DNA of 64,000 nucleotides from Gonapodya sp. JEL0774 (lineage: Eukaryota), in the NCBI GenBank assembly GCA_027604505.1, contig JADIIX010000025.1:1-64000 (forward strand). The letters are read 5' to 3'. The notes under the pieces are model-generated. The model did not search any database and was not told the DNA's origin. It worked only from the letters and a program-made list of their open reading frames with translations. The position numbers were made by a program, and so were the translations under genes. Below, piece by piece: positions 51,899 to 64,000 of this stretch (positions are counted from its first letter, which is position 1; each line of letters starts with the position of its first letter).

Positions 51899-52718
51899 TT
51901 CCGACTGCGCTAGAACGTCTAGATCTCCCTTACTGATGGCGTCCACTTGTGAAGACGATAGATCAGCACCACACTGACAAGGGAACCAGAAGGCGAGACT
52001 CCTGGAGTAAGGTTCGTGAAATTTCGCAGAGAAAATATCTCCACCCCCGAGAGCACGGACGGGTGGAAGTGGGGAACGTTGGTTGGTTGTGTTGAACTGA
52101 GCCCTATTGATAGTAACTGCACTGCGCCTGGCCCTGTTGGGTACCTGTTTGGACCACTCTCCTTCTCTTCGCAGATCTAGCCAGAAGTCAAATACTGACG
52201 TCTTGTTCTGCAGCTCGTTGATAATCAGGTGATGCAAGACAGTCGTGATTGGTGCCAGGCAACATATAACAGCCGGATCAACGTCGCGGGAAGATGTGTG
52301 GAAGATGCATTTTTGCGACAATGAGTCAAGAATATTTATTAAGGCACTTTTCCACACTATTTTTCTAATCAGACTGTGACGAATTTGCTTCAATCGTGTG
52401 GTTCACGGTTTGGGTGGGCAACCATTCCGGACTCAGTGCGTGGAGCTCTCCGATTGTCATTCATTTTCCACCGACAAACATGGTGGCAGGTTGTTTTTGC
52501 AACGTGCGTGCAGCTAGTAGTACTCAAACCATGCATTAGTGGATCTAACCAAGTGCATTGTGTACCTCTACTTTTAATACACAATACACAGGGCACATTA
52601 TCCGTCATTGGCAGTATGTACAAGTCCGACATCAATCAAAATATTCGGGGCGTGAAAGGCAACCGTTCCCTATGCAGCCTCAAAAAAAGCAGCATCACGT
52701 AGTGACGCCCAGCGATCA

Positions 52719-54766
52719 CTAATACCCTCCGTAGTCCTCGCGAATGGGTTCGACAGAGCTGTTGCACTGGGCGCATTTGGAAGCCTGGAATCGGGGAGAG
52801 TTTCAAGTGTGGTTCGATCGTGGTGTCAGCGATTGGGATTTGAGGGACCATATTCACATTCGCGATCGGATATCAAATTCAAACTATAATTTGCGACGAT
52901 GCGGCGTTTTGGGAGAACTCACCCTTTTCGGTATTTTCGAGATGCACTGCAGTTGCAGATTCATATCGCCCAAAGCGACCGAGCCGTGTGTCCAAAGGAG
53001 GCAAAGTGAGAAATATTTTCGAACCAGTAGAGCATGCGTTGGAAGTTTCGAAATTTTAGGGTGACAATTAAATTACGAAAATCGGTTCTCGACAGACTCA
53101 CGTAGGGACACTCCCTCGTCTCTGGCTCCATGTATCGTCGAAAGAATCCTTGACCCACTGCCGGTACAAAATAGGAGGTTTGCGTGACGGTGTCGCACGT
53201 CGATATTCAGGGGCCGGGTAGGGAAATCCCACGTTCGTTCATGATGGCGATGGGCGTAACATTCCCACTTCTCCCAAACGCACCTCGCAAAATATAATAT
53301 GCAGCGATCCCCGTGATCCAAAAGTTGATGAGTGTGCTTTGAAAACGACCCTAGACGAGTGCAATTGCATGGTCAGAAAATGGCGTTCATGGACTCACGG
53401 GGGAGGTTTTGAAACCGTAATCGACAGCAGGTACGCAGCAAGGCGGCGTGCGAAGTATCAGCCGATCCACGTGCTTGTTCCTTATAAAACGAGCAAATTC
53501 AACATATTTCCGGAGTGTCGGACGGGGCAGAACTATTCCAGAGTCTGACTCATCCAAGAGACAGAACGACAAGCTCCCCAAACCATTCACTGTGGGGAAT
53601 GCCTCGAATTTTCCAGGTTCCTCTCTTCCCAGTAGTTTCAAGTCCTGGCTTGCACTCACGTAGTTCAAGGTGATGGCGCCATCCGCCATGGCTTGTTCTA
53701 CGGTCTGGTATCGAAGGGTTTTAGAACGGCCGCGGCTGAGAACGAAAAACTGATTTTGGAAGCGATTGCCTTTTTAGAAAGGGGGGATGAGACGGGATGA
53801 GATAGAAATTGAAGGTGTCATTGCGGGAATTAAACGCAAAGAGTAAATGAAAACATAAGAATGTGCAGCTAGGCTGGCCTCTAATATCCCAAACCGGCTA
53901 CGCCATCACTCAAGTGCATTGTTTATTGAAGTATTCCTTCCTTGTGTCTCTCTGAGAGACTTTGACACTCACCGATGAACCATGCCATTGGCGGTACGAT
54001 AATATCTGCGACGAAAGATTTAACGACCTATCAAGAATTCGAGTGCGAGAAGGGACAGGTTTCGTGAGGATAGATAGAATCAGTCCCTTGGTCTCAGAGA
54101 CACCTCTGTTCTATCAAGGTGCCCATCCAATGACCAAAAATGACTCCGAGTTCGCCCACCATAACTGTTTTTAAGTTTCCTTAGTATCATTTGAAGTCCA
54201 AACAGCCCACATTGCCGAGGAAATTCGGCACTTTGACTGCATCATATGCTCACCTCTTTGAGAGTATCCCCAATGACATTTCCAATGGCGACTTCAATAA
54301 CCCTCGCAGAATTGACAAACTCCTTGAAACTTTGCCACTGATTCCACATGCGCTCTGTGGACTGGAGGTACCCGACAGTGATTCTTTCCACATCCAGAGA
54401 GGGCATAGTCGGAACGCGGCCGAGTGTACCGCTGCGAGCAAAGGGGAGAGTAGGCGTTGTTGAAGGCGGAGATTCGTGCCGGGGATCTGATTGAGCTAAC
54501 GACATGGAATGTGAACGAACGTGAGTGGCCTGTGGAGATTGAGTGATGGGTTTTTGTTCCTGCTGACTACCAGTCCCAGACTTTGAGATCATTGAACGCG
54601 AGATAGAAGTAGTTCGTCGCAGAGAGGAAGAATTTATAAGACTTGGAGACGTCGGACTTGAAACTGAACTAAATGATTCGTTCAATGGACCCGCGGAAGG
54701 GACACTCTGGTCCATGTATGTAGGAGCTGGGATCGCAGAAACCCGGATGGGCTGCTGAGTGTCCAT
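52719..54766 (-). CDS. mscL: Large-conductance mechanosensitive channel MscL homologue, 7 exons, with long N-terminal extension and C-terminal zinc ribbon
   Basis: WQSFKEFVNSARVIEVAIGNVIGDTLKE|VVKSFVADIIVPPMAWFIG|NRFQNQFFVL...YQTVEQAMADGAITLNY|GRFQSTLINFWITGIAAYYILR|VGQGFFRRYMEPETRECPY|CISKIPKR|ASKCAQCNSSVEP; all junctions GT-AG and in frame. Confidence 0.9.
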
Positions 54767-55807
54767 TTTCGGCACTAGCGTGCACGAAGTTCTGAATCAG
54801 AACCTTCAGAATGCTGGGTTGAACGTTGAACGCTGAGGTGTTCGATCACGAACTAATAATGCGCAAGAACTTGTCGAAACAACCAACATTTCTGTCTGAT
54901 ATGCCAGAAATGTCAAATGACAACTTGCATATTTTCCAAAGCAGTTACTGAGCTCTTGTCACTCGTAGATATTGAAGAGGAGTTTTGACTAATTTCGCCA
55001 TCCCGTAGCAGGCACGGTGCCAAACAGTATAGATTGCTTTCATATCATGTACGATAGTGGTTTCGCGAAACTTGAATTCCAACCGGGACAAACGTGCTCT
55101 GTGTCAAACACACAGTGCACGGTGCTCCGGGTTTGTGTGGACAGATGTAAACCACACGGAATTAGTTGAGTCATTAGCTAACTGGAACCGGGTGAAGTAC
55201 TACACGCCCTCGACCTACCACATGGTCATTATCTGCTCAATTTATATACCCTTCCCGCCGGACAGCGCTGAGTCTCCATCTTCCTGTCTTTCCTTACCAA
55301 CACAGTTCTGATCACTACCAAATCTCCCCACCGTGCACGTTTGTTACCGGAGGTATTATCTATCGTGATGGCTGCCGGCGACAAAAGACCTAATCATGTG
55401 CCATCGTGTTTATATATGTACTTGTTATTTTCTCGTTCCAGGGACATATCGTTAAGCCCAAATACTATTCTGGAGAGCTGAAATGGTTATTGACTCATCA
55501 AGCATAGTGGACGCCAATATTTCATTGTTCACCCGTACTACATATATTCTCTTCAACAATGACGTACAACGGCACACCGAAGAAGTTCCATCCCAATGTG
55601 AGGGTTCCCGAACCACTGCCATTTATTTCCATCATAGCACAGAGCTGACCTCACCTCCTTCTGTTAGGAATTGCCAAGTTGCGGCAAAACCATAAAGTAC
55701 ACAAGCAAACTGCAGGAGGCTCAGCCCAGACCCTTGACGCCAATAAAAGCCCGACAGGAAGCCGACAGAAACATCGCAAACACCAAAACACTAACTCAGA
55801 ATCTTCA

Positions 55808-57032
55808 ATGGCAGGTAAGCGAATCTATCGCTCTTCGTCGACATTGTTGGTCGCCTTGTTCGATTCGTTCTCCCGACGATGCCTACCGGGTCGTTGAGGT
55901 TTCTGTCTGGTCATTCATCATTCTCATTGTGGCTTTTTTCGTGCCGTCATCCAGACTTCAACCCCGACGCTGACACGAACCAGCAGGATAGGGACTTGTC
56001 CAAGGCCTCCAAAGTTGTGAGTCTCGATGTGTTTGATTGTACTTCCCTGACTGGATGGGGACAAACATGGCTAGCACATCCCCTTCCCCGGACAAGAAAA
56101 TGGCAGTCGGATGAAATGACAACTACAGCCGTGTGCTTTGTCACATATGGAATGCCACAGTCGCTGTGTTTGGGTTCTGTTGGTTGGAGTGACCTGTTAG
56201 GATCTGAGTGACACACTACAAATAGTGCCCAAACAACGCAACATCATGGATTACCTCTGGATTCTTTCGCATTGAATCAGACTCTTAGCTCAATCTATTG
56301 GGACCGTCATTATCATCGATTCTGACATCGTTTTACTTCTCGCAGGGACTCGGCATTGCCGCTGCCCTCGGCGTCGGAGCCGCAGCCACCGTGAGTCTCC
56401 GAAATTCCCATTTTACTTTTTCTCTCGTTGCTAAAAATTGTATGCCCGTCTTTTCTTCCGCTCCACCACCACTATCTCAGGGTATCGGGTTGGCCATCAA
56501 ACACAATGTCGACAAGAAGCATGAAGAGGAGGCCGCACACGCTGCCGAAGCTTCCGCTCAGGCCGCTCAATCCGCCCAGGCAGCCTTCCAGGCAGCTGCA
56601 GCCACCGTAGCCGTTCCTTCCCCGGCCGCAGCGGCGCCAACCCCGACCCCAAACTACGCCCAGGCCGTGAGTGGAAACAGTTTTTTTTCCTCTGACACCT
56701 TGTGATTTAGCTATTCCTCACATTGTTGGTTGGAATTTCTCTTCAGTCCCTTGGTGCCGCTCTTGCTGCTGCCCCCGCCCCAACGCCCTCCGCCCCCGCT
56801 TCTAACGCCCAGTACCACACCATCGCTCCTGGTGACACCTTCTGGCAACTGTCGCAGAGCTACGGCACCACCGTCGAGGCCATTCAGGGTTTGAACCCTG
56901 GTGTGGACTAGTGAGTATTCAGCTGCAGCGTTTCATCGGTGCACCAATATCCGCATTTCGTCAACAACACTAAAAATATCCTCTTCTATCAGCATGAACC
57001 TCCAGATCGGCTCTCAGGTCAGGATCCGCTAA
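55808..57032 (+). CDS. LysM-domain protein with Gly/Ala-rich hydrophobic segment (5 introns)
   Basis: MA|DFNPDAD...SKV|GLGIAAALGVGAAAT|GIGLAIKH...Ala/Pro linker...YHTIAPGDTFWQLSQSYGTTVEAIQGLNPGVDY|MNLQIGSQVRIR*. Confidence 0.85.
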
Positions 57033-57581
57033 GTGCCTCGATGTCCAAATGCTTATCGACTGTGATATTGTGAAAATTTGGCGACAACGCTGCCTGGCCC
57101 GTTGCTTTGATCAGTAGCTGAAAATGTAATAAGACCCTTCCATTATCAAAACATAATTGTGTGAAATTTGACAAACTGGCAATTCGCTTTATTAGAGGAG
57201 GTTTCGGTGGTAAGAGGTTCGTCTCCAGCCAACTAGCATTGAGTGCAGGAGAGTGCGTACCGTAACTCCCTTCAATATTCTCGTGTAGTTTTGGCCACTC
57301 ACACAGGGCGTGGCATTCGACTCTTGAGCAAACTAACTTAGGGTTTGCGGGCGTCGCTGAATATCCGGCTCGTGCATAAACTCGGCAAAACAGTTCATGG
57401 TCCTCTCTGCCCACATGTAATATCAAGAATAAATCGGTCAAGGATTGTTTCTCGTGCCCGATGCTTTGGCATGATCCGTTGATATGATCCATGTACATGG
57501 AATCGATCCCATGACGGAAACTATGGTCAGGCAGGTCGGACAACAAACCAGAATGTAAATTCTTCCACCTCGATTTTGCCT

Positions 57582-59245
57582 ATGTCGATTCCGTTTCCAG
57601 CGATGCGCCGTCTTCGCAAAGACCATCCGACGTCTCTTCCCACTTTCCCAAAGTATCCGTTGCCCAATTACGCCCATGCGTTCCAATTCCAGGCGGGATC
57701 CGATTCCGCAACTTCCGCAACTTCAACGCTCTGCGCTGCCGATCGCGCATTTGAATCATTCGCGCCGTCGCAATATGCGTCTGATGAATCTGCATCTCTT
57801 CAATGCACGTCCCAGCGACACTCGCAGTCGGGGTCTATCGCACTCCCCAGCCAAATCAACACTTACTCGGTGACTGAAGTGGTAACCCATCCAGCGTTTT
57901 TAAAGCCTGCTGCACTATTTGTCGTGATGCAGGCTGTGTTGTTTTTGGTGGTCCGTAAAGCGTGGATTTGGAAACGGAGGAGATCCTCTTCCGCGTCGAA
58001 AGCAGGCCAATCTCCTTCACCCGCTCGCGTCGATCCCTTACTGGACCCGTCTTTCGAGCGCAAGACGTCGTGGATACTCACCACACTTTCGAGTGCAGTC
58101 ATGACTATGGCGGGACTCCTTGGGTTCTTTGGATGGGCGCTACATGGCTGGGACATGGCCAGGTGAGTCAAAGACATCCTGAATCTCGCTGCCATACTGG
58201 GAATAGGCTTTGCAATTGAGTTGGTGGAAAATAGTACACTGGAGTACTGCACGGTTTTGGACCAGAAAAGGCTGGTAAAAACGCAAGACTATTACGCGCA
58301 CTCACTCGTTGGCATTTTTGTAATAATTCCAGCTCATGCAGTTTCATATACTTATCACATTTGCTTTCCTCGCCCGTTCAGATGGCCGCTCATTGGTACT
58401 ACCAGGATTTCTCTCTGGATTGCCATTTACTTCTTGACTTACATGTGGTGCGACATTGCGATTGGGCTGGTGTATTACCGGAGTCAGGTACGCGATCCAG
58501 TATTTGTCTGCTCCACAAGCAGGGCGCTTAACTTCGACATATCGCCGTCAATCTCTCACCTCATGCACTCAGATCACCTTCCTGGCAGGATACGTCCACC
58601 ACACCCTCTTCACCCTGATATTCCTCTTCGCCATCTACCACGGCCTTGTTGCTTGCATACTCCCGTTCTGCCTCCTCGAGCTCCCGACGCTCGTCATGGC
58701 GCTGGGCCAGCTCGACAAGCGGTACAGGAGGGACTTGGTCTTTGGAGGAACGTACTTTGGAACAAGGGTCGCAATGCACGCCGCGTTGTGTGCTAGCATT
58801 GCTGGGGAACTGGAAGTGGGCATCATGGGTGAGTCAAGGAAAGAACTTTCGCATAGGTGGAATAGATGAGGAGCATGAGCAATCTGCGGCGGGGATCGGG
58901 CTTCTTTTCCATCATAATGTGATACAAGATACTCACCTGCATCTCCCTTGACATCCTCATTCCGTCCTCCATCCATGTACCTCCCACTCACCGTGCCTTC
59001 CTCTGAAAATGCCAGTCTGGCCGCTTCCCTCCATTGTTCTTCCCCTCCACATCTACTGGTTCCACAAGTGGGTCAAACAGCAGCAACGCCTCCGCACCAA
59101 GCGGCGTGTCGAGGAGAAGGAGAAGGACGTGCAAAAAAATTCAGACGCGATTTCCAAACGCGTGGCAGGGGAGGTGGATGGTGGAAGCAACGGGACCGTT
59201 CCGAATGGCAAGACGACCTTTGGTGGGGACAAAAAAGACGAATGA
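57582..59245 (+). CDS. TLC (TRAM/LAG1/CLN8) domain membrane protein (spliced)
   Basis: SWILTTLSSAVMT, YFLTYMWCDIAIG..YYRSQ|ITFLAGYVHH, LLELPTLVMALG, FGGTYFGTRVAMH, LPLHIYWF. Confidence 0.85.
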
Positions 59246-59688
59246 GCGATAGTCCTGGGATAGTCCCCTGCGGTTTACGTGAATATTCTTGCAAGTATCG
59301 GTGAATGCCACCAAAACAAAATGGTGCGAACGAAGCCGATCTCAGCTCGGTACCCATTTTCTCCTGGTTATTCTGAATTGACTGTGTCCAGCGCGGCCCC
59401 AGTGTCATTCAAATCAACTGCAGAGTGAACACCCTGGCTTGTGTGTATCTGAGAATAGGTTTATTGTTATTGTATTGCGACGGGTGTAATTCACAATGTT
59501 TCAAAGAGGTCGTCTTCGATTCTGTTCTTATATTGCGTAATATCATTCACTCATTTCATGAAGCTTTATTGTTTGAGAACCAAGTGCTATTCACTGCCTG
59601 ATTGAGTACCTATCACTACCGGGCCCAGAGTACAAAGCCCTGAACAACCAAAGACATTCCTGTAACACTTTCACGCGGCTCCGAGACC

Positions 59689-61266
59689 TCAAAGTTTCGC
59701 TGGCTGGTCAGCCAAGAGCCACTTCTTAAAGAAATTCTTGGTGTTGGTCAAGGCGAGGTCCCTCTCGGCTTTCTGCACTGGGTTCGTCTCATCGCAGCGG
59801 ATGGCGAATCCATGGAGGGTGGAGGGAGCGTACCTGGGACAACAGCGGGGTGAAAGCATTCAATTTATGATCATGCCCTGCCATCCTCTAGCTCTCAAAG
59901 CTACCGTCGAAAGTTTGAAGTCACGGTAGCGAGTCACATGTCAAATTGGTGTTTTTTATATAACCTCCAGATGCCGATCCCCGCATATGAGAGCCTCAGC
60001 CCCTCACCCCCAACCCCCCAATCTGCGGAAATCTTATCGAGCTGCTCCACCATCTCAAATGGCTGCTTGCGTTCTACGGCAAGAATAGAAGCGCTACTTC
60101 ACTACTCACAAGTTCCACTCAAAGTATCCCTTTGTTGCTTCCTCTGCTGTCCTCCTCTGAAGAACTTTGATGATTTCATCCCTATCAGCATCTTTGAGAG
60201 AGAAGTCCGCATGGCTGAATATGAAGAGAGCCGGTGTGACCAGGTCCGCGGCGTCTTTGCTGGGGGGCGCGGACCACTCCCCAGCGTGCGCCTCAGCGAC
60301 GGCGTCGGCGAGAGGCGGAGTGGTGGTCCCGAGTCCTAGAGAATCACTGAACGACAAGTGCGGACTGGTTATGGAAAGGGGGAACTTAAAGGGACGACCT
60401 CCGATCAACCATGACCCACTGTCCTCCAAAGCAGTATCCGATCGATCCAAGCTTCTTCACGCCTTCTTGTTCTTTCAAAAATTTCGCGAAAGATTTCACG
60501 AGTTTTCCGTAGTTGGACTTGGTGTTCATGACCGTGTAAGCGACCGAAGGAACGACCGAAAGAGCTGAACAGAGCGTTGTTGCCCTCCAGGTCAGACAAG
60601 CGTTCGAGGGGATCGAAACAGAATACACCAGAAATATAGTCCGCACACACCTCTTCCAACTTGCAGGAAGCGCCCGAAAAAGGTCGGAGCGGGCATGATG
60701 GAGATGTCGAGCGCGTCCGCAGCTGGGGCTGAGTAACCCGAGAAGAAATCTTCGTTCCGATAAAGAGCTCGTGATTAGAATGTACAGAAATGAATTTGTT
60801 CCAAATGCAACAGGACTCGGGGGAGGGCCTCACCAGGAACAAAGACAGCAAAACCTTCCTTGGCGATGGCGTCCGCAACGAGGCGGGTGTTGGGCATCTT
60901 CCATCCGAAAATATCGTGGCAAATCAGTACTGAATGCTCTTTGGAGCCACCTTTTGGAAGTTTTGTGATTCGCGTAAGAGGATGGGTGACACCAAAGGGG
61001 GACACGCATGCTCTGTCATCCACTCGATCATGGTGCCGACGCAACCCAAAACTCACTAGAAGGAAGCGCCACATAGCAGTCCAGCCCATTAAGTTTCTCT
61101 TCTTTGCCTGTTGGAGTTCTGATGCAGCCGATCAAAGTGTCGGAAGTTGTGTTCACGTGTCCCGCTCCTGGCTTTTGAGGGCGACTGTTCGTCTCAAAGC
61201 AAACTGAACTCACCCAGCAAACACGTAGCCAGTCGTGCAGCACTCAGGGGGCGCCGATGATGTCAT
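59689..61266 (-). CDS. Dienelactone hydrolase family (AIM2-like) alpha/beta hydrolase (spliced)
   Basis: PECCTTG, HDIFGWKMPNTRLVADAIAKEGFAVFVP|DFF, GSIGYCFGG nucleophile motif, LHGFAIR. Confidence 0.9.
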
Positions 61267-61837
61267 TCTGAATTGCGATGGTTTCGGAAAACTTGTGGAC
61301 CGGAAAATTCCAAAACACCCGGAGGCAAACGAAGGGATTGTACCATTCTCATGGATGAAATTCGCTAATGCTGACACGATCACCGGGAGAAACCGCAATT
61401 CGTTCATGTAATGCTTGGTGCGCATTGATGTTCCCACCAATAGAAGTGTATTTTCGCTCTGTACCCCTCCGTTGCAATCCACAACAGCAGGTATCATGAC
61501 CCTGTGAGTTTGTTCTCAATCGGAACAAAAAAACGGAAAACTAAGAGCTCTTACAATTTTGCATTAACTCGTTCACGCAGAATAACGTGGAGCCAAACAT
61601 TGTGATCGGGTGCTGGTGCGTGCTTGGCACGTTGGGGGTCCTCGAAGGATGAAACCTTTCGAGTGAGCCGTTGAGTGTTGCAACAATCGCATCAAACCGG
61701 AAAATATCCAGCGTGGATTTTATTCCAAATTTTGGTGGTCGAGATAAAGGTCGGATTCAGTTTCAAGGGGCGTTGTGCAAAAGCGCTTTACCGGCGCTGC
61801 ACTCGGCTCCGTTGCTGATCGTTTGACCCCATTCAGG

Positions 61838-63012
61838 ATGGACGATTCCATTCAGAACTCAGATCTCAGCAATGAGACTTCTTACTCGACCTACGCCGGC
61901 TCCTCTTTCTACGAATACGCGTCCAAGTTCAGCTCCTTATGGCAGCAAGCACTGGCCGACATTCTTCCCGTTTCTTTCTCGGGGCCGCTTGCAGCAGCTT
62001 TCACTCAGCTATGGCCATTAGGGACTCTTTGCATACTGGTGGTTGCCATCAAGGTGGCAGGATTCACACCGTCGAGACCGGCGTGGCTTGCAATGGGCTT
62101 GGGGAGCCCATTCCGAGGGCCACCACGCACAGTTGTCGCTCTTGCAGCTGACGTCGCTACACCTCCAGCGAGAAAACGTGAAAAAGTGAAGGTTCCTCAA
62201 TCAAAATCACAGCGGGATAAAGCACCTCCAAGAGCTTCTTCACTTTCGCTTCCAGCTTCTCCCCGACACCGCACTGCATCGTCCTTGGGCGAGCCTGGCG
62301 CACTACCAAACTTGAATCTGTCACAGTCCATGGCAGGTGATCTAGGAACGACCGCATATCCCACACCTGCTCTCACGCCGCGTTCAGTTCCGTCAAGTCC
62401 TCCATCGTATAAAGTGAGCTTTCCTGAGCGTCTTCATCGTCGTAGGACTACTTCTCTGACTGAAAACGACAGATGCTGCCCTCCACACCGTCATCATCGT
62501 CGCCACGCTTCTCAGTGTCCTCTCTGAATGGGCCATCAGGGACAAGCAGTCCACAAATCTCCCCTCGTCTCCTCCCAGCCAGTTTTACGGGCACAACATC
62601 TTCCCCCAGGATAGTTTCCTCACCCAAACTTACCGCCAGTCCCCACTTCCGCCCGTCCACTCCCTCCGCACTCGCTCCCGAAGGACTCGATCTATTTGAG
62701 CACGAACCACTTCTTCTTGGCAGATCTGCTTCCTTGGTTTTCTCAGAAAGCGCGACACTTGGGAGTGATAGAAGCGGTAGTAATGCCGGTTTGAGCACCT
62801 GGATCAATGTGGACGCGTGGGACGAGGATATGGCCCGAGTGAGAAACGTGCTCGAGGCAGGACGGGCAGGAAAGGAGCTGACCCCTGTTGTCGGCACTGG
62901 CGTCACTGGACTCAGCATGGGGGATGTGGGTGTTGTTGAGGCGAATGAGGACATTCAGGCAGTCGCGATGACACCGAGTGCGATGATCGGGTTGCCGCTC
63001 TTGGGGAGGTGA
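61838..63012 (+). CDS. Hypothetical single-TM, Ser/Pro-rich protein (intron at about 62414-62472)
   Basis: Two long ORFs joined in frame by a GTGAGC...ACAG intron; hydrophobic segment LWPLGTLCILVVAIKV; no family recognised. Confidence 0.55.
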
Positions 63013-63425
63013 GCGTGGTAAATATGGACTGATGGGTAGGTTTGTAGACCGTGTAGACCGTAATTACTTCGACTGTTAATCTCGTACCATGACACAAGTG
63101 CATTTACTGTATATTAGCCAGATATAGAATGTGGTGAAGACCAAAATTCAATCCTGACTTCATAACCCACACACGTTTTCCTAAAAAGCACACAAATCTT
63201 CTCCCATGCATCTGCCACTGCAAAAGAGATTTGCTTGGAGTAAGTTATCAAGGCGCTCAGATGGTTTTACCGTACCTCTGGCGGTGCATGAGAACATCAC
63301 CGCCACGTCATGCTCATGCGTTACATTACCCCGAACGAAGTTAACTTAGTTCGTTCCATCTCACAACGCACGCAGACAGCTTTCAATAGAAATTTGGAGT
63401 GAAATACCAAGGGAGGAAAGAGATA

Positions 63426-64000
63426 ATGGTGAGTGGCCCGGTATCGACTCGGTTCAAGGCTTTGATTTCATTCGTTGCGATGATCCTGATCCGCATGATC
63501 CCACCAGTCCAAAGGATCGTACTTGCCTCTGTTCATGTTCGGGAGATCTAAAGACGACCAGCAAACCCAAGGACTGTCGTCTACAGATGCGTGGCTGTCT
63601 GAATGGGCTCTTCAGCCTGTCGACGTGAGTCCTCAGGCTGCACGTGCGCTGCAACGATGTTTCGCCGATGATCAGCTCATTCTCCCCTCCATCATGCAAC
63701 ACCTTAACAGACCATCATTCGGATCGTTATCCAGGCAGCGACTTTAGTGGCATCTGCGATTGCGGCTGGCCTGGCAATCGCGGGTTTCGTTAGCCCAACG
63801 GGCACTTCCGACCGTCTCCCACTTCATTCTTACAATAGTGGTTATCTGGGCGCATTTCTGGGATGCGCTCTCACTCAAATTGTTACCAGTGCTATCTTTT
63901 TGGTGTACTTGTTCACTCTGGGTAGAAAACAGAAATGGAGCGGGCGCTGGACTTTGTGGGACATCGCTGGAGGTTGTTTCAGCCGGCAAATGCGGTGAGT
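63426..64000 (+). CDS. Partial multi-TM hypothetical protein running off the window end
   Basis: ATG|GTGAGT at 63426; hydrophobic exon at about 63736-63994 (LVASAIAAGLAIAGF...GAFLGCALTQIVTSAIFLVYLF) ending in a GTGAGT donor. Confidence 0.45.

Noticed and set aside
55559..55814. Possible upstream spliced ORF (MTYNGTPKKFHPN|ELPSCG...) before the LysM gene
   Set aside because: Its phase does not join the LysM exons and it has no recognisable homology; may be 5' UTR.

Overview
Gene-dense eukaryotic DNA with many short GT-AG introns, most consistent with a flagellated, early-diverging (chytrid-like) fungus. Support for this is a CFAP300 ciliary gene together with fungal-type ankyrin, F-box, TLC and Gfd2 genes; the taxon is an inference. 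I rebuilt about 28 spliced genes by hand, so exon boundaries are approximate. They are an Mpv17/PMP22 protein, C2H2 and GATA transcription factors, ankyrin-SH3 and F-box(-ankyrin) proteins, one intact and one pseudogenised Old Yellow Enzyme, two VIT1/CCC1 and two CDF metal transporters, a type III glutamine synthetase, CFAP300, an R-SNARE, a membrane-anchored CbbX/SpoVK AAA+ ATPase, a DEDDh exonuclease, a RING-H2 ligase, a PDK/BCKDK kinase, two tandem bacterial-type VOC genes, an SDR, an AKR, an MscL channel, a LysM protein, a TLC protein, a dienelactone hydrolase and two unknown membrane proteins. The most notable items are: (1) a 7-exon MscL, mostly invisible in the ORF track, with Asn at the hydrophobic gate position (E. 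coli V23) and a C-terminal zinc ribbon; (2) a diverged direct repeat of about 80-90 bp bracketing the GSIII gene, containing an X-box-like motif just upstream of CFAP300; (3) a bacterial-type OYE lacking the catalytic Tyr, near a decaying canonical OYE; (4) paired metal transporters, one VIT paralogue having gained Cys/Met residues near its metal site. I recognised no tRNA, rRNA, CRISPR array or transposase.
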